Source of the DNA: Mobula birostris
Taxonomy: Eukaryota
Direction of reading: 5' to 3'
DNA length: 64,000 bases
Assembly: GCF_030028105.1 (NCBI RefSeq)
Contig: NC_092385.1
Location: 36,732,774-36,796,773, forward strand
Shown: one piece after another, positions 52,052 through 64,000 of the stretch
Position numbering within the stretch: the first letter of the stretch is position 1
How the letters are laid out: each line of letters opens with the position of its first letter
Notes under the pieces: generated by a model
The model's database searches: none
Seen by the model: the letters and a program-made list of their open reading frames with translations, nothing else
Told to the model about the DNA's origin: nothing
Made by a program: the position numbers and the translations under genes

Positions 52052-52919
52052 CCAGACGTATAAAGAAATGAGCAGCATATCAGGGAATGTTCATGTCAAA
52101 AGAAAACGTGAGTTAATATTTACAGGAAGATAACGTACTGTAGAACTGAACAGTTTTGAGACAAGCAGAGAAAGGAAGTTATCTGAAATGAATGAATTTG
52201 ATAGTGAGACTGGTAGGTTGTGACGTAGCAGGAAGACGAGCTGCATTTCTTAAGTATATGTTGGGTCTTGTTATTTACAGTACAACAGTCTGCAGATGGA
52301 CAGTTCAATGTGGAAATTGGGTGGAAAATTAAAATGAGAATTCAGTTAATTGTTCCCCCAGTACAAATATCTAAACCTGTAAAATTGATATTTCTCATCA
52401 AGGATTTATCTACCTAACTTTTGGATGGTTCTAAAAATATTCTTTCGATAGTGTGACTCCATCATGGGTACAATTTAATAAACCTAAGGGAAAGAGACTA
52501 TATCTCAGAGGGAATTTTGAGAAAGGTTATTAGCCAAATCACCAAGGAAGTTGTCCAAAAATGCTTTTAGATGGTTATTGCTGTCACAATTAAAGATATC
52601 TAAGTGACACTTTGAACGTCTGGAACTTCACCAAGTGTTGTAAAAATACAACTGTCCATTTACCTGTTCCATAAAATATTAATAATTACAACTGATTCTC
52701 AGCAGCATCTCTAAGAAGCTAGTTCTTCCAAGCTTGAATGCCTGACCTCAAACAAGGAGAAAGCAGGAATTTGCAAGATGAGAGTAAATTCTTTTCCACT
52801 CCTCCTATTCCTTTTTTCTATTAACTTAAATCAATTAATAACATTTAATTAATAACCTATTAATAACATTTTTGCTAAGCAAAATATTTTTTCTCTTTTC
52901 TAAATTTATCATGCAGTAG

Positions 52920-53997
52920 CAGACATCCCACCCTGCAAAAACTCATTTCAGGGAGGTAGCACCACCACCCCTGCCCCCTGCAACCCCATATCCACCCCCG
53001 CCCCAGTCAACCTCCAAGGGTGTATGTATACAGGATGTTTGATTATGAATGAACACAATTTATTTGATCACATATTGAAACTATTTACACACACACACAT
53101 ACATATATATATTCCTTGTTGAGTATTTCGTTGGCAGTCTCAATGCTAATAGCTAAATCCTAATGCAGATAGCTTTTCTATTTCTTTTGCAAACTTTCCA
53201 TGTACTGTGATGTGGCTTGCTTGGCAGATTTGAGCATTTTGCCGGAAGTCTCAACCTCATAGCAGTCTGTGTCAATTTATTTGTTAATTTTGCAAGACAT
53301 CAGATTCACAAGATTCTCTATTATATTATAATATATTATCATGGAGTTGCTTTTTATTCTATTACAACTTTAAGCAGGTCTACAGGGAGTTTGGTCTCAT
53401 CACGTAGGACATCAATAGAGTAACCCTTTAGCAGCTAGACAGCTAGTTTAAATAATGTTAGCTGTGCTAATGAATGAATGACACCTGTTAAACTCACCTC
53501 AACCTGTCTTTTACAGTCATTTAACCCGCTATGCACAATAGAAAAGTCACTGTTGCAAACAGTGCAGCGAGCAAAACTGTCATTATTTTTGATCCCTATT
53601 AGGCAGGGGTACACTTTAGTGTAGTCTGGGGTGAAGTACGTTTTATATTTTCTTTTTTTGGAACACTGTGCCACGGCGCCACAGGACAATAAACTGAACT
53701 GATGGACAATGAAAGAGAGAGAGAAGTTGACTGTAAAGCCCGCCCACAGAGAAAACTGATAGGTCTACTTAGCACAAAGAGAGACCAATTAGGATTCATT
53801 CATATTCTCTCTCATTCTCTCATTCTCTCTCTTTCTCTCTCTCTCCCCGCCCCCCCCCCCCCTCGCTCGCGCTCTCGCTCTCCATCTCGCTTCCAAATAA
53901 TCGATTTCCGGGATATTGTGTATAATTTGCGGGCGTCAGGAAGCCACTAGCAATATGCGGGAGACTCCTGGAACTTCCGGGAGAGGTGGTATGTCTG
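52920..53997 (-). mobile_element. Non-autonomous hAT-family DNA transposon with BED zinc-finger exon remnant, 6-bp TSD
   Basis: 13-bp TIR cagacatcccacc / ggtggtatgtctg; TSD cagtag at 52914-52919 and 53998-54003. Minus ORF KKRKYKTYF...ARCTVCNSDFSIVHSGLNDCKRQVE ends at donor GAG|gtgagt (~53497). Confidence 0.82.
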
Positions 53998-54022
53998 CAG
54001 TAGGGGAATTCTAGGCAGTTTA

Positions 54023-54688
54023 GAATCAGAATCAGGATCAGGTTTTTATCATCGGCATGTGTCGTGAAATTTGTTAATTAGCAGCAGCAGTTCACTGCAA
54101 AACATAATATAGAAGAAGAAGGAAAAAAATAATAAATAAGTATATCAATTACAGTATATATATTTGAATGGATTAAAGTTATGCAAAAAGCAGAAATAAT
54201 ATATATTAAAAAACTGAGGTAGTGTTCATGGGTTCAATGTCCATTTAGGAATCGGATGACAGAGGGGAAGAAGCTGTTCCTGAATCGCTGAGTATGTGCC
54301 TTCAGGCTTCTGTACCTCCTACCTGATGGTAGCAGTGAGAAAAGGGCATGCCCTGGGTGCTGGAGGTCATTAATAATGGATGCTGCCTTTTTGAGACACC
54401 GCTCCTTGAAAATGTCCTGGGTACTTTGTAGGCTAGTGCCCAAGGTGGAGCTGACTAGATTTACAACCCTCTGCAGCTTCTTTCGGTCCTGTACAGTAGC
54501 CCCCCTCCCCATACCAGGCAATGATGCAGCCTGTCAGAATGCTCTCCACTGTACATCTATAGAGGCTTTTGAGTGTATTTGTTGACATCTCAAATCTCTT
54601 CAAATTCCTAATGAAGTATAGACTCTATCTTGCCTTCTTAATAACTGCATCGATATGTTGGGACCAGTTTAGGTCTTCAGAGATCTTG
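54023..54688 (-). mobile_element. Rex1/Babar-type LINE 3' portion
   Basis: Minus ORF DRKKLQRVV...HPGHALFSLLPSGRRYRSLKAHTQRFRNSFFPSVIRFLN; (AATCAG)n tail. Confidence 0.85.
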
Positions 54689-55655
54689 TAGAGTACATTA
54701 CATGGTCAGCACAACATTGTGGGCTGAAGGGCCTGTAATGTGCTGTAGATTAAAGCCTCAATTATGCCCATTAGTCTCTTTGATTCCACAAACTCTATAC
54801 TAAACTGTTTCTCTTCATACCTGCAATCTCTAGCTCTGGTAAAATCCTTATAAATCTTGATTCACACATATCACCTCATCCCCGCACCGTCCCACCCCCT
54901 TCTCTTTGCCCCATGCCATCATATCTTTCCTGTGGTGTGGTGGCCAGAACTGCACCAGGATTCCAGCTGTGTCTGAACTATTGCTCCATACAGTTGTAGG
55001 ATCACCACCTCACTCTTGTATTCTCTGCTTTGGGCAGTCAAAACCAGTATCGCAGCTAAAGATAGAACTTGTGGAATTCAATGATTAAGAAAGAAACAGG
55101 TGAAAAATTGAGAACGGCGATGAGATATGGAGGCAGGGTAGATTAAAGTCAAATCTGATGTAGGGAAAAAACAGGAAGGGATTTAATTGTGAGAACTATT
55201 ATGAAAGGAAAGTTTCAACCTTTCTTAATTACCGGATTTAAACTCTCAGTGTCTGGTTTTATCTAAAATTAATGCAAATCTTAAAGTAACCAGGAGATTT
55301 GAAGCAACATAGTGTATGTTCAAAGCAAATGCTATCAGCATCAATCTACTGGGAACTTTTGGAGTTTTACAGCCTGGATGGTACTCACCATTCAATTTGC
55401 ATATCTGTAACAAGTACAATAGTAGTAGTTCATTTTGTTTTCTGGGGTCACTATCAATTAAGTGATCCTGTCCTTCAACATTATAGAGCAAAGTATATAG
55501 AACTGGATTCACTAGTGCAGTTCTTTCAATGCAAGGCGCCTTAGTTTCAACTGCTGCTGTCAGAAATCAGGTGACTGCTTGTTCTGCAGTTTTGGTCATC
55601 GGATTATATCTTACATTTAGGCTCAAAGTGTATGAAAAGACTTGGCCACTACTTC

Positions 55656-56282
55656 TATAGTAAAATGTCTGTCCACAGCCTTCTCTACGGTCACATTGAG
55701 GCCAGAGGTAGATCAGAGGAGCAACAGCTTGATTTCTGTCTTGGTAGTTTCCAACCTTATGCATCCACAACACTGATTTCTCTAACTTCCAATAACCACT
55801 CCTCAATCCTTCCCTGTTTTCCCTTATCCCTGTGGCCCTTTACCCCTTCTCTTTCCCTGCCCCATCCTCACGACCTGCCCATTACCTTCACCTTTTTCGT
55901 CTGGTTGCTTATCATCTTCCCCTTAATCCATGGTCTGTTGTCCACTTCTGTCAGATTCCTCCTTCCCCAGCCCTTTGCCTTTTTCAGCTATCACCTCCCA
56001 TCTTCTCACATCATTCCCACTTCCCCCTCTATCCCTCCTACCTACCTTCCCCCTCTCACCTGGACTCACCTGTCACCTACCAACTGGTGATCTTTCCTTT
56101 CCTCCACCCTTTCATTCTGGTTTCTGCCCTCTTCCTTTCCACTCCTGGAAAAAGGGTCTTGGTCCGAAATGTCAACTGTTCATTTCCTTCCATAGATTCT
56201 GCTTGACCTACTGAGTTTCTCCAGCATTTTGTGTCTGTTTCTCCAGATTTCCAGCATCTATAGTCTCCCTGGTGTCTCTGTA
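55656..56282 (+). mobile_element. 5'-truncated Penelope-like 3' end with degenerate hammerhead motif
   Basis: MSVHSLLYGHIEARGRSEEQQLDFCLGSFQP (endonuclease C-terminus); motif at 56140-56178; 13-bp repeat tggccactacttc at 55643-55655 and 56283-56295. Confidence 0.8.
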
Positions 56283-56974
56283 TGGCCACTACTTCCCGTA
56301 CTGGAAGAACAGACGCATAAGTCTGAGTAAAGTCTTTTGCCAAATTGTTAATGGATCCTTCTGTGTCTCACTGACCATGAACTCATACTCCTTCACATAT
56401 TCTTCAATGCATCAGGCAACTCCACATACATATCTGCATTGTAGTCTGCCTCACTAAAATCTTCATGTGAGAGTTTTGCTGCAGAACTTATGTATGATTT
56501 CAGACAAACTGATTTCTGCATTATGCCCTTTCTACTCCTCTGACTTCAAGCCATTCACTTCTTGTACCTCATATATGCAAATCCACTATTAATTTGCAGT
56601 GCAGATAGCTGATCTGACAGCTGGCAGAGTAATACTGGTTTGTCTTGATTATTCCTCTTCCTGGTAGGCTGCAATTTTGCAGTACTTATAATGAAAAAGG
56701 CTAATATTATGGTGCATTAAGTGGGGAGATATGAATGGCACATACTGACCTCTGCATTTTGTACATCAGAAGGTGAGTGTTAAGGAGGAGAACTTCGTGG
56801 GAATGTGTTTGTCAATTTCAGCCCTACTATTTAGCACAGTCTTAACCATCTTTGTGCCAGTGATGGCCAGCACAGTGTTTTCCATGTAATTTAGTACAAG
56901 CAAGCAAGTCTTGGCCATTTGGTGATTCAAAGATTTTATCCTGTAGCAGAGAAGAAAATGTGGCAGTGAGCATT

Positions 56975-57245
56975 TTTTTTATTATTTGGATACAGCGCAG
57001 AATAGGACCTTCTGGCCCTTCGAGCGGCTGTGACCAGCAGTCCCCCAATTTAATCCTAGCCTAATCATGGGACAATTTACAATGACCAATTAACCTAGTG
57101 GCTGCAGGAGGAAACCAGAGCATCTGGAGAAAATCCACACAGTCACAGTGAGAACATACAAATTCCTTACAGGTAGCGGTGGGAATTGAGCCCAGATTGT
57201 TGGTACTGTAGAGCATTGTGCTAACCACTATACTATTGTGACACC
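56975..57245 (-). mobile_element. tRNA-derived V-SINE
   Basis: Reverse V-domain ggaggaaaccagagcatctggagaaaatccacac and reverse B-box gggaattgagcc. Confidence 0.75.
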
Positions 57246-59129
57246 CTTCTGTAATTAGTTTGGTTCATCAGCACTTGTGAGTACTGTTGAAATTTTGATT
57301 GTTGAGCATGAGTTAAAATTGACAGAGGCGAATGGAAAGCTTTGTGGTGAACTGAGCAGAGCCTAAGGTGCTTAGGGAATTAGATTAGCAAATGTAATTT
57401 GAAGATATGTTCATTGACCTTGATGACTAATTTAGGGTTATTGACCACTGCTCCCTCTGCCTTCTGAGCGTATGCCCTAGTGGGCTCCTGCAGATGCAGG
57501 ATATTGCTCTAAATTTTTCCTTCCTCTGCTAAGACCTTTGGCATAATGAACAGCAAGATTTTATTTGTGTTCTCCCTTAACGTAATTCTTCACAAGTTTG
57601 CAAGTTAAAATGCTCACCAGCACCTGTCTTAGATAAAATGTACAAGAAGTCCAGATTGGCTTGAAGTTGTTCTGGCTAATTGACTGCTGCCTGTTTCTCA
57701 TAATATTACTGACTGCTTTAGACCTGCCAGTGGAAGAGTGTTGCTATCTCTTTAAGACAAAGGTCATTAAATTTTGGAATAAAGTCAGCATGCTGTTTGT
57801 GTTAGCTGTAATGCATGTGTTAATTACATATTATTCATTTTCAGGAGCTCTCAGTCTGTATTTCAATTTATCTAATGAAATATATAGGTAGTGGAATTCA
57901 GTTACATACCTATCCATATGCCAAACATCATGGGCCATTTTGTGCAATCTGCTAATCTGTTAATATATTGCATTTGATTCACTATGCCTCTAATTAGCCC
58001 TTGTTAGCAGGATAGAAACTTTTGGCAGGTGCCATGGCTGTCTTGGAAGCATTCAATTTATTCATTGCAAAACAAATGGTGTTAGATTGTTTATACTTAA
58101 GCAATTATTCTTCACCTCTGATTGTGACTCAAGCAATTTGGTTACGGAGATAACAATATTAATATGAAATATTTGATGTTTAAGATCACATTAATTTATA
58201 TATTTGTTAGCTGTTTATGCTTTTGATAGCACTGAGGAATATTGAAGAGGAAATAACATCATTAATGCTTGCCTAGAGTTAAATAGTAAGGAAGTATGTT
58301 TCCTTTATAATTGTAGAAATGTAGTTTACTACATAAACCTCCTTGTGACAACTTGATTGCTTTTGAGTTAGTGCATCCTTCATTTGAGCTTGTTTTATAG
58401 GAGATAGTTCTATTTCTTCCATTTTCTCTCTCTGCTGTAATGGCACTATAATGGCTCACAAATTGCCAAATCTAAAAGTCTGAGCTCCCAGAAGGATATT
58501 ATATCTTCCTCATTGAAATGAATGTGTGGAGAAAGACAAGCTGTGCACCTGTAATTTCTGCACATGCTGACCGTTGATATGATATACAATTTGAATCTTA
58601 AAATAAATGATGTATGAGTGCTCCATCTTTGTAAAATGATGATGAATTCTTTCTAACATTGACTCCAAAGTAGTTTTGCTGTGATACTCAGTCATTCTAA
58701 AAATCCATTTATCTCACATGTGAGTTAGTTTGTTAAACTTACTGATTGTTGTAATGGTGAAGTGTCTATTAATAAAGATAGAAATGTTTGTGGAGAAATC
58801 ATTAAAAAAATTTTCTTAATTAATCAAAAGCAGTATTTTAGAACATACCGTCTGAGATAATGTTTCGTACTTTTACTTCAAAGATTCAATTTGCTACATT
58901 CTTGTAGCTTCATTTAATCATTTTCATCCCTGAGGGCCTGTTGCATCCATGTGACACATTCCCAGAGATCATCTGGTGAATAGGAAAGAAAGATCACCTT
59001 CCCGCTAACACAGCCTAGTCTGTTATGCACAGGAGGGCTTTTATACAAGTTCCCTGCATGTATCAGCTCACATCGTAATGTGTATAAGACACATATGCCT
59101 CAGATGTGACTGAACATTCGAACAAAGCC

Positions 59130-59412
59130 ATGGCGCAATTACAGCTCGGGGTGTTGGAGTTCGGAGTTTAATTCCATCGTTGTCTGTAAGGAGTCTGTAC
59201 ATCCTCCCTGTGGAATGCTTGGGCTTTCTCCCTGTCCTTCTGTGGTTTCCAGTTTCCTCCCACAGTCCAAAGAAGTACCGGTTAGTAGATTAATTGGTCA
59301 TTGTAAATGTCCTGTGATTAGGTTCAGGTTAAATCTGGGGTCGCTGGGTGGTGTGGCTCGAAGAACTGGAAGGGAATATTCTGCACTGTATCTCTAAATA
59401 AAAAATAAATAA
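59130..59412 (+). mobile_element. tRNA-derived V-SINE
   Basis: B-box-like gagtttaattcc, V-domain ccagtttcctcccacagtccaaagaag, A-rich tail. Confidence 0.75.
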
Positions 59413-59840
59413 AAGTTTACTTTTCTTTGAAAAATTACCTAGAATTGGACCTACTCTGAGGATTAAGTCTAATTGTAACTCAGTTGATCCTTCCTTTAAG
59501 AAATGTGCCTGAACTCACTCTTGTGTAACCCAAGTCTAGAAAGATAAAGACAAGTAAAGTTGGGTTTAGGTGATGAAGACATAGGCCAGAACAAGTGGCA
59601 CTTTGCAGTGAGACTAATGATGTCAGGTGATGTTAATAATAAAAACCAGAGGGACATTTGTCCTGTTGCCCACAAGATGACACCCTCAAATATACTTTGC
59701 ACTTAGGATTTTGAACATGCGTTTGGACACGTTGTCTTGATCAAGACCACTTGCTATGATGTAGAGTAAAGATCTGCCCATACCTAACACATGCTATAGA
59801 AGAATATTCACACTCACAAATCATCCTTCAGTCTCCCTAA

Positions 59841-60874
59841 CAAGAGAAAATCTGCAGATGCTGGAAATCTAAGTAACACACACAAAATGCTGGAGGAAAT
59901 AAGCAGGTCTTACAGTATCTGTGGAAACGAGTACCAATTGATGTTTTCGGGCTGAGACTCTTCAGCTGGACTGGAGAAAAAAGGTTGAGGAATCAGAGTT
60001 AGTGGGTGGGGGGAAGGGAGAGAAACACAAGGTGATAGGTGAAACTGGGGGAGGGGTGGGGTGAAGTAAAGAGTTTGGAAGCTGATTGGTGAAAGAGGTA
60101 CAGGGCTGGAGAAGGCAGAATCCAATAGGAGAGAACAGAAGGCCATGGAAGAAAGGAAAAGAGGGAGGAGCACCAGAGGAAGGCAAAGGGCAGGCCAGGA
60201 AATGTGAGAGAGGAAAAAGGGGATGGAGAATAGAGAAGCGGGGGAAGGTAAAGGCCCAAAGTAGATTGGGAGACTGTTTCACCGAACACCTATGCTCCGT
60301 CAGCCAGAAGAAGTGGGATCTCCCGGTGGCCACCCATTTTAATTCCACTTCACATTCCCATTCCAACATGTTCATCCATGGCTTCCACTGTTGTTGTGAT
60401 GAGGCCACACTCGGGTGGAAGAGCAACGCCTCATATTCCATCTGGGTAGCCGCCAACGTGATGGCATGAAACTTGATTTCTCGAACTTCCGGCAATGCCA
60501 CCCCCACCTTCTCCATCCCCTTTACCCTCTCTCACCTGATCTTCTGGTCTGCCCACCGCCTCCCTCTGGTGCAGTTCCCCTTTTTTACTTTCTTCCATGG
60601 GCCTCTGTCCTCTCCTATTAGATTCCCCCTTCTCCCGCCCTGTATCCCATTCACCAATCAACTTCTCAACTCTTTACTTCACCCCTCTCCCCACCCACCC
60701 AATTTGACCTATCATCTTGTGTTTCTCCCTCCCCATCCCCACCCTCTAACTCTTGACTCCTCGTCTTTTTTTTCTCCAGTCCTGCTGAAGGGTCTCAGCC
60801 TCAATCGTCGACTGTACTCTATTCCACAGATGCTGCCTGGCCTGCTGAGTTCCTCCAGCATTTTGTGTGTGTTG
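59841..60874. mobile_element. Penelope-like element with inverted pLTR arrangement
   Basis: Minus arm 59841-~60245 (with tail); plus arm ~60250-60874 with RLGDCFTEHLCSV...DLPVATHFNSTSHS; hammerhead relics at 59935-59973 (-) and 60777-60814 (+); perfect 15-bp TSD cttcagtctccctaa at 59826-59840 and 60875-60889. Confidence 0.92.
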
Positions 60875-61089
60875 CTTCAGTCTCCCTAAATGAGATTTCC
60901 AACATAATAGTAATTTTAGGGGAGAGACACCCATACAGTCTCAGAGAGAGAATGTTCAAACTTCCCCGGACAGTACCTGATTGAAACCAGGTTACTGGAG
61001 CTGGGAAGCAGCAGCTTTACTTCCTATACCATTTTGCTACAAAGTTTTCTTACTATGCAAGCAATTTTTAAAAACTTGTTAATTGAACT

Positions 61090-61318
61090 GCAGCCAGTGG
61101 TGCAGCTGGCAAACAGCTGGAGGAACTCATTAAGTTGAGCAGCATCTATGGGGGGAGTGTGGTGTTAGAAGGAATGGTTGACGTTTCAGTTCAAAACTCT
61201 GTATCCTGATTACCTGAAATGCTTACAATTCCACTCCCCCTGCAGATGCAGCTTGACCTGCTGAATTCCTCCACGGGTCATTTGTTGCTCCACATTCCAG
61301 CATCTGCAGCCTCTTATT
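61090..61318. mobile_element. Older PLE-derived fold-back mini-element
   Basis: ggaggaactca...gcagcatct / agatgcagc...tgaattcctcc arms; centre has gacgtttc...ctga...gaaatg; right tail ttccagcatctgcag. Confidence 0.7.
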
Positions 61319-61835
61319 TATGGCCTCTACAATGAAAGGTCAAGTTAACCATGGTTTTTGCTCATGACCTTCCTTGAAGTTTTTATTTCATGTTTTCAGA
61401 TAGCAATGTTATGATTTTATTTTAACCATATTGTAAAGCCAAAGAAAATAAATTTTTATTGTAAACACGTCATGTAATAGAACAGTAGAGCACCGTACGG
61501 GCCCTTTGATGCAATTTTATGACACAAGGTCAGGTGATCAGTATTTCAAACCACATGATACTTGTCAAACTTATTCCTGTATTGTCCTTACAACAAATAA
61601 TGGGCTACTTTGGTTTATTGACTCTGTACCAGCTCATGGAGCAAACCCACCTTACCCCCTACTTCCCTGTTTTCTCTCTTCTCCAAGAACGTACAAACTG
61701 CACATAAATGGTACCAGAAGACCAGATTGAACCTGAGACTCTGGACCATAGAGGTACTAGCTTTACCAGGTGTACCATTGTGCAATTGAATCAGTAAAGT
61801 GTTCATCATTGCTTGTCAACGGAAAAAAAAGTGCA

Positions 61836-62992
61836 TCAAAGTTCAAAGTAAATTTTCTTATCTAAGTACTTATGGGCATACTCAACAAATATATGGAATA
61901 ATAACTATAACAGAATCAGTAAAGTCTGCCCAACTGGGACGTCCAACCAGAGTGCAGAAGACAGCAAACTGTGCAAAGAGAAGAAACAATAATATAAATA
62001 AATAAGCAATAAGTATCGAGAACATGAGATGAAGAGTCCTTGAAAGTGAGTTCATTGTGTGGGAACATTTCAATGGTGGGGTATGTGAAGTTGAGTGAAG
62101 TTATGCCCTTTGGGTGAGGGGTAGTAACTGTTCCTGAACCTGGTGGTGTGGGTCTTGAGGCTCTTGTACCTTCTTCTTGATGGCAACAGCGAGAAGAGAG
62201 CATGTCCTGAGTGGTGAGAGTCCCTGATGATGGATGCTGTTTTCCTGTGACAGCACTTCACATAGATGTGCTCAATGGTTAGGAGGACTTTGCCTGTGAT
62301 AGACTGGACTGTATCTGCTACTTGTACGATTTTCTGTTCAAGGATCTTGGTGTTTCCATACCAGTCTGTGATGTAGCCAGTCGATATACTCTGCACCACA
62401 CATCTATAGAAGATTGTCAACGTTTTAAATGTCATGCCAAATTTCCACCAACTCCTAAGGAAGTAGAGGCACTGCCGTGCTTCCTCCATTATTGCACTTA
62501 TGTGCTGGGCCTAGGACAGGTCCTCTGAAATAGTAATAACTAGGAATTTAAAGTTGCTAACCCTCTCCCCCTTTGAGAGTCCCATGGGAATTGGCTGATG
62601 GACCTCTGGTTTCCTTCTCCTGAAGTCTCTAATCAGTTCCTTAGACTTGCTGACATTGAGTGAGAAGATGCTCTTACGGCTCCGCTCAGCCAGAATTTCA
62701 GTCTCCCTCCTATGTACTGATTCACAACCCCCTTTGATCTGGCCTATGACAATGGTGTCATCAGCAAACTTGAATTTGCCACACAGTCATAAGTGTAAAG
62801 CGAGTAGAGCAGGGGCGAAGCACACAGCCTTGTGGTGCACCTGTGCTGATGGAGATCGTGGTGGAGATATTGTTGCCAATCAGAAACCCAGGATCCAATT
62901 GCACAAGGAGGTATTGAGGCCAAGGTCTCAGAGCTTATTGGTTAGCTTTGAGGGGATGATGGTATTGAATGCTGAGCTGTAGTCAATAAAGA
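61836..62992 (-). mobile_element. Rex1/Babar-type LINE RT and 3' UTR
   Basis: Reverse strand shows IDYSSAFNTIIP, WILGF, STGAPQGCV, KFADDT, EARQCLYFLRS, LLPSRRRYKSLKTHTTRFRNSYYP. Confidence 0.88.
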
Positions 62993-63194
62993 TAACATTG
63001 GTGGTCAGAAACCCATTGAAGTTAAAGTTTAAATATCATACTGTAGCATTATTCAATAAAGAGGGGATAAAAATAAATAATGATAGAATCATGGCAAAAG
63101 CACTTCATTTTGCAAATTGTAAGTAGTTGTATCTTTGTGTAATATGACTTAAATAGCTTAAGACTGAAACAGAAGAACATTTAAGGTAAAGAAG

Positions 63195-63930
63195 GTGTAT
63201 GGCATTTGTAGGAGTATTAAGTATAAGAGTAAGGAAGTCATGTTGAAGCTATATAAATCATAAGTCAGACTGCACATAGGTATTGTGTGCAGTTCTGGTC
63301 ATCCCATTATAGCAAGGGTTTGGAGAGCGCGCAGAAGAGTTTTGCCAGGATACTGCCTGGATTAAAGGGCATGAGCAATCAACACTGGACAAACTTCGGG
63401 ATTTTCTCCTGAGTGTCAGAGGCTCAGGGGAGACCTGATGGAAGGTTTTAAAATTTTGGGGGACATAGATAGGGTAGAGACTCAGAATCTTTTCCTCAGG
63501 GTAGGAATGTCAATGCTTTTGCAATTGGAATTGGAATAGTTAGGGTGAGTTTTTGATGCAGTGAGTGGCAAGTGATTGAATAGGTTACCAGGGAATCAGT
63601 GGAATTAGTGGAATCAGTCTGTTTGGTTGAGTTTTTAGCTAGACACATGAATATGAAGGGAATGGAAGAATATGGGTGATTGGAAGGGGCGCTATCAGGG
63701 ATGATACAGAACAGCAATGGCTGGGGTATCGGGGGGGGGGGGGCGGTTTGGAAGGCGCAGCTCAGATATGTCCCAAAGATGGAGAAGCTCTCTAAAGGGA
63801 GAATGAATCAACCACGGCTGACAAGGGAAGTCAAACACAGCATAAAAGGAGATGAGAGGGCATATAATATAGCAAATATTATTGGGAAGCTAGAGGATTC
63901 AATAGCTTTTAAAAACCAACAGAAGGCAAC
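63195..63930 (+). mobile_element. CR1-type LINE fragments
   Basis: tattgtgtgcagttctggtc, aggggagacctgatggaaggttttaaaat (RGDL.E.FK), and an upstream-ORF2 piece at 63750-63930. Confidence 0.7.
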
Positions 63931-64000
63931 TGATTTGATTCTGAGATACACCCCGCAGATGCGCTGGAGCACATCATGTGTGATGTAACCTGGGGTTGTC

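Noticed and set aside
1-64000. CRISPR arrays, operons or other prokaryotic systems
   Set aside because: The sequence is a vertebrate intron; there is no regularly spaced repeat-spacer array and no gene-dense region.

Overview
This is eukaryotic, AT-rich vertebrate DNA, almost certainly from a cartilaginous fish and probably a ray (inferred from the repeat families). The window appears to lie inside the MITF gene on the + strand. Its only host coding sequence is the 250-nt exon 1B1b (10316-10565), which encodes the Rag-binding, Q-rich N-terminal segment. I found neither an upstream first exon nor the downstream exons 1M and 2 (VQTHLENP...). The rest is intron filled with decayed transposons: CR1-type and Rex1/Babar-type LINEs, tRNA-derived SINEs, Tc1-, hAT- and Chapaev3-like DNA transposons, and many Penelope-like elements (PLEs). 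The most striking unannotated structure is about 15 copies of a minimal type I hammerhead-ribozyme motif (consensus cagtc-CTGANGA-a-ggg.tctcgg.ccc-GAAACGTC-gactg) in PLE 3' ends. Many sit in 190-1000 bp fold-back insertions with 13-16 bp target-site duplications (TSDs) and an asymmetric ~40-nt tail. In the shortest ones the inversion centre falls inside the ribozyme core. Repeat families were assigned by eye from motifs, and boundaries of old repeats are approximate.
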